60,440 nt of DNA, taken from assembly GCA_035466655.1 (NCBI GenBank), contig DATIUS010000052.1:1-60440 (forward strand), written 5' to 3'. The notes beneath the pieces were generated by a model. It had not been told where the DNA came from. It searched no databases and saw only the letters and a list, made by a program, of their open reading frames with translations. A program made the position numbers and the translations under genes. This stretch comes from Candidatus Sulfomarinibacteraceae bacterium. Lineage in GTDB: Bacteria; Chloroflexota; Limnocylindria; Limnocylindrales; CSP1-4. Shown here in pieces: positions 25,859 through 33,921 of the stretch. The stretch's first letter is position 1. Every line of letters begins with the position of its first letter.

Positions 25859-26344
25859 TCATGGGCGCGACGACAGATAGCCCTCCGGCACGGGTCCGAC
25901 GACCTCCATGGCGTACCGCTCGGCGAGAGCACCAAGGTCCTCCGCGGACACCCCCTTCCGGATCGCGTCTGCAAGTTCGTCGAAGTAGCCGACCATCCCG
26001 GCCGGGGTGTAGAGATTGAGCTTGCGACTGCCCGGTTCCACGCTTACGAACGTGTGCACCAATCCCTTCGGCACGTACACGAACGATCCCGAGGGGCAGT
26101 CGAGGTCATGGCCACCGAGATGCATGCGGTATCGACCGGCGAGCACGACGAACGACTCGGCGCAGTCGCGATGGATATGGAGCGGTGGACCCGTTCCGAC
26201 CTCCGTCTCAGTGGTCTCGATCAGGCTGAACGCGCCGTCGGTGAGCTCGCCGTCGGCGAGCACACCGACGACAAAGCTGCCCTCGTCGATCTGCCGACCC
26301 TGACCTCGGAGCAGGACGATGCCTCCGCCCTCGATCGCTGCCAC
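25859..26344 (-). CDS. Cupin domain protein
   Basis: GPPLHIHRDCAESFVVLAGR...SGSFVYVPKGLVHTF contains cupin motifs 1 and 2. Confidence 0.85.
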   Translation of the reverse strand: MAAIEGGGIVLLRGQGRQIDEGSFVVGVLADGELTDGAFSLIETTETEVGTGPPLHIHRDCAESFVVLAGRYRMHLGGHDLDCPSGSFVYVPKGLVHTFVSVEPGSRKLNLYTPAGMVGYFDELADAIRKGVSAEDLGALAERYAMEVVGPVPEGYLSSRP

Positions 26345-26467
26345 GTTCGTCCCTCACTCTCGCCCTCGGGCGACCGGAGGCCGTCGTTCGGCGCCCGCCT
26401 TCGCCACGTCACGGTCATCGAATCTACTCCCTGGCCCCCGTTCGCCTCGCAAAGTCAGCGGCGGGGC

Positions 26468-26486
26468 CCGAGGGCACGCCCCTCGG
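26468..26486 (-). terminator. Short hairpin just downstream of the last gene of the minus-strand operon
   Basis: ccgaggg-cacgc-ccctcgg (7-bp stem), 9 nt beyond the stop at 26495. No U tract. Weak call. Confidence 0.3.
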
Positions 26487-26494
26487 GACGATCG

Positions 26495-27322
26495 TCAATA
26501 CGGTTGGATCAGTGCTCGCCAGAGGAGCGCGATCCCGACCGCGGTCGCCTGGAGGTCGACGAGGATGTACGCGCGGCCGACGGGCTCGATGATAAGGAGG
26601 CCCCGCCCGCTCCGGTGGAGGATCGGGACCAGAGCCTGGATCCCGAGGGCCGTCGCGTTCAGCACGAAGACGACCAGCGTGAGCGCGAGCAGGTTCTCCG
26701 CGCCCGACCCGCCTGCGCCAAGGCCCGGTACGAAGACACTCGACAGCATGGCGAGGCAGATGCCGATGACCGGGAGGGCGAAGGCCTCGCGGGATCGCAA
26801 CATCCCGATGCGGACGCAGATGCTCGACACGATGAGCCAGCCACAGAGCGCGGCCGCTCCGAGCAGCCAGGCGAGCAGGTTCGCCGGTCCGGTGAGACCG
26901 AACGTATCCATCAACGGCTTCAGCGCCAACCACGCGAGGAACAGCGTCCGGTAGTGCTGGAGCCCCGCGACGGTGGCAAGGAGGCGCGGCAGCAGGGCCC
27001 CTTCGGACCCTCCTTCGATCGGCAGGAAGATCAGCTGGATCGCGAGGCCCACGAACGAGAGGAAAGCGACCAGGAACATCGTCAGGACCGTGTCGAAGGC
27101 CTGCGGATCGACCGTCGATTGATTGCGCACGAGCGTGACGAGGAGCACGATCGCGGTGACCGAGATCGCCGCCTGCCCGCTGATCAACGGGATCGTCCGT
27201 CGAGCGACATCAGCCAGGTCCCAGGGCGCGGGCGAAAGATCCACGCGCTCGTGCCGGCCGAGCCAGCTGGCCAGCGGCGTTGTGACTCCGACGATGACGA
27301 TCAGCGCAACGAAGGCAGGCAT
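26495..27322 (-). CDS. Polytopic integral membrane protein, hypothetical
   Basis: About 7 hydrophobic helices. ATG at 27322 (MPAFVALIVIV) is preceded by GGAGGAGCG. The track ORF starts upstream at 27433, so the start is uncertain. Confidence 0.7.
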   Translation of the reverse strand: MPAFVALIVIVGVTTPLASWLGRHERVDLSPAPWDLADVARRTIPLISGQAAISVTAIVLLVTLVRNQSTVDPQAFDTVLTMFLVAFLSFVGLAIQLIFLPIEGGSEGALLPRLLATVAGLQHYRTLFLAWLALKPLMDTFGLTGPANLLAWLLGAAALCGWLIVSSICVRIGMLRSREAFALPVIGICLAMLSSVFVPGLGAGGSGAENLLALTLVVFVLNATALGIQALVPILHRSGRGLLIIEPVGRAYILVDLQATAVGIALLWRALIQPY

Positions 27323-27505
27323 CGCTCCTCCGCGATCGTCGGCCGACCCATTGGCGGGAGGGCCGCGTCGCCGAACATCCTTGCGCGACTCGGACGCCAT
27401 GACAAGATCGTCCGGGGCCGCGCTCGACCCCATAGTGCGACGTTCCTTCGACCATCCGGTCGGCCCGGCGAAAGCCTGGCCCTCGTGCCGGGCGACGCGC
27501 CGTAC

Positions 27506-27985
27506 CTACTCGACGATCACGACTCCGCGCATGCGGGCATCCCAGTGACCCGGAACATGGCAGCCCAGCAGCACCTCGCCCGGCTGATCGAACGTCACGA
27601 TCAGCTCCGCGGTCTCGCCCGGCTCGACGAGCACGGCGATGCCGTGGTCGCGCATCTCCAGGGAGCCGGATCCATCGAAGAACAGGCGCATCTGCTGCTC
27701 GTGGCGCTCCTGTGCTTCGAGGTCGCCCACGGTCAGATCGTGGATCACCGCCCCGGCGTTGTGAACGACGATGCGCACCGTCTCCCCAAGCCGGACGACG
27801 ACGCTGTCCGGCTCGAAGCGCATCGCGTCGGTGGTCGTGAGCCGGACGATGCGTGGCTCGCCGCCGGGACTGCCTGCGGTCCCTCCGCCGATGTCGGTCG
27901 GTGCGGCACCGGCACTCCCGGGGCCGCACCCGCTGATGGCGGCCGCAAGGAGAGCCACGAGCGAGACACCGCTGCTCCCGGCCAT
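27506..27985 (-). CDS. Azurin/plastocyanin-like type-1 copper protein (cupredoxin), lipoprotein
   Basis: Lipobox LLAAAISGC. Candidate type-1 Cu ligands: H in VVHNAGAVIHDL, then CHVPGHWDARM (Cys-x4-His-x4-Met). Confidence 0.85.
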   Translation of the reverse strand: MAGSSGVSLVALLAAAISGCGPGSAGAAPTDIGGGTAGSPGGEPRIVRLTTTDAMRFEPDSVVVRLGETVRIVVHNAGAVIHDLTVGDLEAQERHEQQMRLFFDGSGSLEMRDHGIAVLVEPGETAELIVTFDQPGEVLLGCHVPGHWDARMRGVVIVE

Positions 27986-28008
27986 GTTCGCCGCCCGTGC
28001 CCCCGAGG

Positions 28009-29580
28009 CTACGGGGTGATCTCGAAGGCCAGATGGAACGCGGGCAGGACCTCACCCGGATGGTCGTCCGCGTAGGTGAGCTGCGGGATCCGGAAGTTGT
28101 ACACGCCCTCGACGTCGGTCCCCTTGTAGAGACCGGGGTAGAAGTCGATGTAGTGGATCCCGGGCTCGCCCGTCGCGGGCAGGAAGATCGTGATGTTGCC
28201 CTGGGCGGTCACTGAGCACGAGTACCCGAGCATCGCGTTGTCGTACACGAGCATCAAGATCTTGCCCGTGTCGGTGTCGTCGACGCCCTGGATGTTGATC
28301 TCGATCTCGGTGCCCACGGGTCCCCGGGCAGGCGAAAGCGCCAGCACGGACGGCCGGACGCGGAGCGCCGTGTTCGCGACGATCTTGTCTCCGCTGACCA
28401 GGGATATCTCGTGGCTGCCGCCCTTGTCCTTGGGAACCTCGAAGTCAGCCCGGAAGGCGCCCGAGGCGTCGCTCGTGACCGTGCCGATCTCCCAATCCGC
28501 GTCGGGGCGAGCCTGACCGGTGCCCCCGATGATCCCGGTGTCGACGCCGACCTGGGTCTTCCAGAGGACGTCGAACGTGGTCCTGGCCGGCAGGCCCGCC
28601 CCTTCCAGGACGAACGACGCGCCGACAGTGGCCTCGACGCGGTCGGGCCACACGACCGGGCCCGTTCCGGCCGGTCGCTCGGCTCGATCCGACGACACGA
28701 TCGCCTGCGTCTCGGCAGGCGGCGGCAGGATGGGCTGCCCGTCGGTGACGGTGAAGATCGCGGTGTAGGTCGGGCGGGTCGGATCCGGCGACTGAGCCGG
28801 GTTGAGGTAGGGGAACGTGAATGAGCCGTGGACGATCTTGATCACGTGCTTGCCAGGCCCGCCGGTGGCCGGGATGACCGCCCTGGCGTGCCCTTGGGTC
28901 GTGACCGACGACAGCCAGCCCGTGAAGCGGTTGTCGTAGGTGACGAGCCAGCTGCGCGTCAGGCCCGTCACGCCGACGCCCTTGACGTCGATCGTGATCG
29001 GCGTGCCCGGTGGGCCGCTCGACGGGGTGACGCTGAACTGCATGTCCACCTTGAAGGCTGCCTGGTTGCGAACGACGCCTTCCTCGAGAACTCGGACGTC
29101 GTGGCCGAAGCCAAACCCCTCGGGGACCTCGAACGAGGCGCTGAACGCCCCGCCCGCGTCAGTTCGGGCGGTGGTCAGGGGAACGAGCTCCTCGTCGTAG
29201 GCCCGCCCCTTGAAGTTGGCGGGATCGGCCATGTCAACCTTCCAGCTGCCGCGGAAGGCCTGCCACACCAGCTGCATCTCGACGTTCGGGCTGAAGCCGC
29301 TGCCGGAGGCGGTGACGTTCGTGCCCGGCTGGCCGTGCTTGGGCGCAAGCGCGAACTCACCGACGTATGCGATCGGGGCGGGGGTGGCGGGGGCGGCGGG
29401 GGCGGCGGTCGGCTGGCTTGCGGCGGTCGGCTGATTTGCGGCGCCAGCCGCCGGGGCAGTCGATCCGGGATCCTGGCCCGGCGTGCCGGCTGCCCCGGCG
29501 CCGACAGTCACTAGCCCTGCCCCGACCAGCGCGCCGAGGAGAAGCAGGGTCACACTTGACGGGATACGTGTGCGATCCAT
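28009..29580 (-). CDS. Secreted protein with repeated Ig-like (IPT/TIG-like) domains and an Ala/Pro/Thr-rich linker
   Basis: Signal/anchor VTLLLLGALVGAGLVTVGA. Linker NQPTAASQPTAAPAAPATPAP. Internal duplication: VTPSSGPPGTPITIDVKGVG...VTYDN...SVTTQGHARAVIPATGGPGKHVIKI versus LSPARGPVGTEIEINIQGVD...LVYDN...SVTAQGNITIFLPATGEPGIHYIDF. Confidence 0.8.
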   Translation of the reverse strand: MDRTRIPSSVTLLLLGALVGAGLVTVGAGAAGTPGQDPGSTAPAAGAANQPTAASQPTAAPAAPATPAPIAYVGEFALAPKHGQPGTNVTASGSGFSPNVEMQLVWQAFRGSWKVDMADPANFKGRAYDEELVPLTTARTDAGGAFSASFEVPEGFGFGHDVRVLEEGVVRNQAAFKVDMQFSVTPSSGPPGTPITIDVKGVGVTGLTRSWLVTYDNRFTGWLSSVTTQGHARAVIPATGGPGKHVIKIVHGSFTFPYLNPAQSPDPTRPTYTAIFTVTDGQPILPPPAETQAIVSSDRAERPAGTGPVVWPDRVEATVGASFVLEGAGLPARTTFDVLWKTQVGVDTGIIGGTGQARPDADWEIGTVTSDASGAFRADFEVPKDKGGSHEISLVSGDKIVANTALRVRPSVLALSPARGPVGTEIEINIQGVDDTDTGKILMLVYDNAMLGYSCSVTAQGNITIFLPATGEPGIHYIDFYPGLYKGTDVEGVYNFRIPQLTYADDHPGEVLPAFHLAFEITP

Positions 29581-29629
29581 CGCATCAACCTCGCTTACCT
29601 CGGCTGCTGGCCCTGGGTTTCTTCGCTGA

Positions 29630-30214
29630 CTACTCGGGGATGACCGGCCGCACGTCGTCGGTGACGGTCAACATGGCGAACGGGATCGGAAATTGCTCGA
29701 AGCTGCCCGTTCGGCCGTCAATCCCCTCCGCGGTGAGCGTGTAGGGGACGGTTCCGCTCGGGAAGCCCTCGGGCACGACCCAAGAGGTCGTCCAGAAGCT
29801 TTCGAGCGGGTTGTCACGCGGGTGGGGTCCATAGCGGAGCGCGAGCGTCTCGGTCGGGAGCTTGAGCTCGACCGAGGCCACGGCCGTGTCGTCCAGCCGC
29901 TCACCCGTCGCCCCGTCGATGACCCGGACGCGCCACACGATCTGCTCGTTGTGTGCGAACTTGTTCAACTGGATGCAGATCTTCTGCCCGCGCTCGGCCT
30001 CGGTCAGGTTCTTCGGCCCGAGGACCGTGTCGGTCTGGATCACCAGAGCGGCCGGCGGGACAGGCTCTTCCGTGGCAGCCACGGGCGACGGCGTCGGCGC
30101 CACGGTGGTGGGGCTAGCTGTAGCCCCGCCACCGGGTGGGGTTGCCGAGCCACAGGCCGCCACCAGCACCCCGATCATGAGTGCGGCGAACGTTGTCGGA
30201 ATCCAGCGTGTCAT
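29630..30214 (-). CDS. Lipoprotein, hypothetical (beta-rich/Ig-like)
   Basis: Lipobox GVLVAAC. ATG at 30214 is preceded by GGGAGGACGGTGC. High GC3. Confidence 0.75.
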   Translation of the reverse strand: MTRWIPTTFAALMIGVLVAACGSATPPGGGATASPTTVAPTPSPVAATEEPVPPAALVIQTDTVLGPKNLTEAERGQKICIQLNKFAHNEQIVWRVRVIDGATGERLDDTAVASVELKLPTETLALRYGPHPRDNPLESFWTTSWVVPEGFPSGTVPYTLTAEGIDGRTGSFEQFPIPFAMLTVTDDVRPVIPE

Positions 30215-30240
30215 GCACCGTCCTCCCTAGTCGCGAGGCC

Positions 30241-30852
30241 TCAGCGGCCCAGCAGCCTCTTGCTAAACCTGCCCTGTCGTTCCGCCCGACCGCCCGTCGC
30301 GGCGATAGCGCTCGCCCTGGAGATGCCGAGCACGACGCGAAGCAGCACGAGAACCAGAAGGCCCGACACGGACAGCGCAATGCCGGCCGCGACGGGACCT
30401 GCCCACGCCCCCACGACCGTCAGTCGCGCAGGGGGTGGGGCGAGTGGTGACACGGCATCGGCAACCTCGAGGACGGCCTCGTTGGAGACCGCCGTGCCGT
30501 CGTCGAACGAGGTTCGAGCGACGATCCGATGCAGTCCGTTCCACGTCGGCCGATAGGTGAACCTCGCCGTCCCGCTCGTGTCCGTTTCGCCCGTGCCGAG
30601 GAGGACCGGGCGGACGCCGAGGAACTCAACCGTCGCGCTGAACCTCACCAGGTGGCGGCCGATCGCTCCCGAGGATCGATCGCGGAGCCGGGCTTCAAGC
30701 AGCCATGCACCCTCGGCCATGGGCTGGGCGGACAGGCTGAACTCCGCGTTGGCGTGCGAGGCGGCCGCGGGCAGGACCGGCCCGAGCGCGAGCACGAGCA
30801 GCGCGGCGACGGCGGCCGACAAGACCAGGGTCACCGGTCCGAGGCGCTTCAT
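30241..30852 (-). CDS. Exported protein with a signal peptide, one Ig-like domain and a C-terminal TM anchor
   Basis: MKRLGPVTLVLSAAVAALLVLALGPVLPAAAS. C-terminal TM VAAGIALSVSGLLVLVLLRVVL. The start ATG overlaps the nrfD-like stop as TGATG. Confidence 0.75.
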   Translation of the reverse strand: MKRLGPVTLVLSAAVAALLVLALGPVLPAAASHANAEFSLSAQPMAEGAWLLEARLRDRSSGAIGRHLVRFSATVEFLGVRPVLLGTGETDTSGTARFTYRPTWNGLHRIVARTSFDDGTAVSNEAVLEVADAVSPLAPPPARLTVVGAWAGPVAAGIALSVSGLLVLVLLRVVLGISRASAIAATGGRAERQGRFSKRLLGR

Positions 30853-32234
30853 CAGGCGATACCTTCTGGCGTTGGTGCCGCGAGCGCCGGCCGTGGCGTG
30901 TCGTCGGCGGCCGCTTCGCCCCTCGCTGCGGCTTCGGCGGCCGCGGCTTCCTCGATCTCGTCGATCGCGAGGATCGGGACGAACCGGAACAGGAGCATCA
31001 GCCCGAGCGCGATCCCCGCCGTCGCGGCGGCCGTGATGAGCAGCGGGACCCAGGTGAAGACTGCCGTGCCCCATGGCCCGGCGTCATCGATCAACGGCAG
31101 CGTCGACGACGGCAGCGTGATCAACAGGCGCTTGAGCCACATGCCGACAACCGCGAAGGCCGCGGCCAGTGCGAGGGCCGCGACCCGGCGCCGGGTCGGC
31201 AGCGCGATCAGGGCGATCGGGGCCAGCAGGCCGAACGCAATGAAGCCCCAGAAGGCCGGGGCGTAGGCCCCCTCGAGCAGCGTGACCACGACCGGCAGCT
31301 CCTCTCGGGTGCCCGCGTAGGCCGTGGTGAGGAGCTCGGAGAATGTGAGGTACAGGTACACGAGCCCAAGGGCGGCCATCATCCAGGCCAGCGACAGGAT
31401 CTGGCGCGGCGTGATAAAGGCCTCGAGCCGATAGGCCCGCCGAAACGCGGCCACGACGAGAATGACCAGGCCGACGCCGGAGTACAGCGCCCCGACGACG
31501 AAGTAGGGCCCGAAGATCGTGCTGTGCCAGCCCGGCCGCGTCGTCATCGAGAACGTGTAGGCCAGCACCGAGTGGACTGACACGGCCAGCGGCACGACGA
31601 GAATGGCCACGATCGCGATCCCCCAGCGCAGCCGCTGTCGCTGTTCGTCGAGGCCCTGCCAGCGGATCGCCAGCATGCGGCTCAGGCGGCCCCGGAAGGA
31701 GGCCGTCGGCAGGCGGTCGCGCAGGCGTGCCATGTCCGGGATGAGCGGCAGATAGAGGAAGATCACTGTCGCGGTCAGGTAGATCGTGATGGCCAGGAAG
31801 TCCCACACGATCGGCGAGCTCAGGTTGCCGGAGATCAGGATCAGGAACACCCGCTCCGGCCGGCCGAGATGGACGATCGCGAAGGCGCCGCCGACGATGA
31901 GCGCCACGACCGCCATCGCCTCCGCCATTCGGCTGAGGGGCGCCCCCCAGCGCGCATTCACGAGGCGCAGGACCGCCGACACGACGGCTCCGCCATAGCT
32001 CACCCCGATGAACGCGACGAGGTTCGCCTCGTAGATGCCGTAGAAGGCGCGGTCGGAGTAGCCGGCGACCCACATGCCCTCGGTGAACTGGTAGACGAAC
32101 GCCGCCACGCCGCCGAGGACGATGATGGCCAGCAGGGCAGCGACCGGCCAGAACCAGCGACCGGGGGAGAAGATCGGCCGGAAGGCCGCCGCCTCGAGGG
32201 CGTCGGTGTCGAGTCGGGCAGGGTGTCCGATCAT
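30852..32234 (-). CDS. NrfD/PsrC/DmsC-family polytopic membrane subunit (quinone-interacting anchor of CISM-type complexes)
   Basis: About 10 TM helices with an NrfD-like pattern: long first loop, HLGRPERVF, WDF. ATG at 32234, 10 nt after the nrfC-like stop. Confidence 0.8.
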   Translation of the reverse strand: MIGHPARLDTDALEAAAFRPIFSPGRWFWPVAALLAIIVLGGVAAFVYQFTEGMWVAGYSDRAFYGIYEANLVAFIGVSYGGAVVSAVLRLVNARWGAPLSRMAEAMAVVALIVGGAFAIVHLGRPERVFLILISGNLSSPIVWDFLAITIYLTATVIFLYLPLIPDMARLRDRLPTASFRGRLSRMLAIRWQGLDEQRQRLRWGIAIVAILVVPLAVSVHSVLAYTFSMTTRPGWHSTIFGPYFVVGALYSGVGLVILVVAAFRRAYRLEAFITPRQILSLAWMMAALGLVYLYLTFSELLTTAYAGTREELPVVVTLLEGAYAPAFWGFIAFGLLAPIALIALPTRRRVAALALAAAFAVVGMWLKRLLITLPSSTLPLIDDAGPWGTAVFTWVPLLITAAATAGIALGLMLLFRFVPILAIDEIEEAAAAEAAARGEAAADDTPRPALAAPTPEGIA

Positions 32235-32244
32235 CGGCCTGTCC

Positions 32245-33105
32245 CTAGAACCCCAGATCCTCGCCGTGGCCGAGGATGTACCAGACCCGCGGGCCGGTGT
32301 TGAGCTCTTCGCGGTAGCGGAGCGCGTGGTGTTCCCGAAGGAACGTCGACAGGCGGACCGTCTCGGCGCCGTTGGTTGCCACGTCCGCGTCGAGGTCGCC
32401 GATGTAGATCGCCTCCATCGAGCATGCCGTGACGCACGCCGGCAACTCGCCGCGCGATGTCTGGTGGACGCAGAACGTGCACTTGCCCACGGTCCCCTTG
32501 CGCTGCGGCGCGGGGAACTCCGGAGTCGGAACAACCGGCAACGGTGGGCGGCGGGTCGGCTCAATCCAGTTGAAGTAGCGGGCCTCGTACGGGCAGGCCG
32601 CCATGCACAGCCGGCAGCCGATGCAGCGGTCCTGGTCGACGAGCACGGTCCCGCCGGCCGTCTTGAATGACGCTCCGACTGGGCAGACCCGGAGGCACGG
32701 TGCGTCCTCGCAGTGCATGCACAGGCGCGGCATGAAGTACTCGGTGCCGGCCTGGGTGTGGAGGTTGTAGACCTTCAGCCAGGTCTGTTCGGGCTCGAGA
32801 TAGTGGGTCGTCTGGCAGGCCTCGGTGCACTTCTCGCAGCCGTCGCAGCGGCGAAGGTCGATGACCATCGCCCAACGGCGCGTGGCGCCCTCCTGATCAG
32901 CCGAGGCGTGGGCCGGAGAGACGACGTCGAGGAGATCGACCAGCCCGCTGACGTGCGCCCCGGTCGCTCCGATGGCGGCGAGAGACGCTCCCGCGCCCAC
33001 GGCGGCCAGCGAGCGAAGCAGGGTGCGCCGAGAGACGGCCCTGGGAAGGCCCTGCTCGGCGACGGCGGAGATGGCGGCCGGCGGGGACGTCTCCCGTGTT
33101 TCCAT
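32245..33105 (-). CDS. Tat-exported 4x[Fe-S] ferredoxin subunit of the NrfC/HybA/DmsB family
   Basis: Twin-arginine signal SRRTLLRSLAAVGAGASLAA. Cys clusters CDGCEKCTEAC, CMHCEDAPCLRVCP, CIGCRLCMAACP and CTFC...CVTAC. Confidence 0.88.
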   Translation of the reverse strand: METRETSPPAAISAVAEQGLPRAVSRRTLLRSLAAVGAGASLAAIGATGAHVSGLVDLLDVVSPAHASADQEGATRRWAMVIDLRRCDGCEKCTEACQTTHYLEPEQTWLKVYNLHTQAGTEYFMPRLCMHCEDAPCLRVCPVGASFKTAGGTVLVDQDRCIGCRLCMAACPYEARYFNWIEPTRRPPLPVVPTPEFPAPQRKGTVGKCTFCVHQTSRGELPACVTACSMEAIYIGDLDADVATNGAETVRLSTFLREHHALRYREELNTGPRVWYILGHGEDLGF

Positions 33106-33264
33106 TGCAGCTCCCGGCGGAACGCAATGCCATCATCGAGGGCGGGGTTCGTCCGCTACATCCGTGAACCGCGCGAACCGTTCTGCGGCCGTCCGCAGGC
33201 CCGCGGCGGGAACCCGCACCTGCCGGCGGAGCGCGACGCGGTGTAGAGTCGGCCAAGGGATGCC

Positions 33265-33921
33265 GTGGACCGACTGACCGTCCTGCTGGCCGAAGACCAC
33301 GCCGTGGTCCGAGAGGGAATGCGCGAGATGATCGAGCGTGACCCTGGGATCTCGGTAATCGGCGAGGCGGCGGACGGCGCCGCGGCCGTGGCGCTGGCGG
33401 CCGAATTCGCGCCGGATCTCGTGCTCCTCGACCTGGGCCTGCCGGTTCTCAACGGCCTCGAGGCCGCGCGTCGCATCCGGCAGCTGCCGCGACCGCCGCG
33501 GATCCTGATGCTCAGCGCCTACGACGACGACGACTACGTCGTGGCGGCCATCGAGGCCGGCGCGAACGGCTATCTACTCAAGACGGCGCACATGAAGGAC
33601 ATCATCGCGGCGATCCGGTCCGTCGCCCTCGGCGAGGTCGTGCTCGACCCGGCCGTCGCGCGGAAGCTGATCGGCCGGAGCACCCAGCCGGCGACGACGG
33701 GTGACGTGCTGTCGGCTCGCGAGCTCCAGGTCCTCCGGCACGCGGCCCGAGGCGCACGGACGAAGGAGATCGGCAATCTCCTGTCGGTCAGCACGCGGAC
33801 CGTGGAGGCGCACTTCACCAGCATCTTCAACAAGCTCGGCGTCTCGAGTCGAACCGAGGCGATCGTCCACGCCGCGTCGCGGGGCTGGCTGGTCCTCGAG
33901 CGCGACTGGCCCCTGCAATGA
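33265..33921 (+). CDS. NarL/FixJ-family response regulator (REC plus LuxR-type HTH), canonical
   Basis: Acidic pocket LLAEDH, phospho-acceptor LVLLDLGLP, MLSAY, YLLK. HTH: LSARELQVLRHAARGARTKEIGNLLSVSTRTVEAHFTSIFNKLGV. GTG start. Confidence 0.9.
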   Translation: MDRLTVLLAEDHAVVREGMREMIERDPGISVIGEAADGAAAVALAAEFAPDLVLLDLGLPVLNGLEAARRIRQLPRPPRILMLSAYDDDDYVVAAIEAGANGYLLKTAHMKDIIAAIRSVALGEVVLDPAVARKLIGRSTQPATTGDVLSARELQVLRHAARGARTKEIGNLLSVSTRTVEAHFTSIFNKLGVSSRTEAIVHAASRGWLVLERDWPLQ

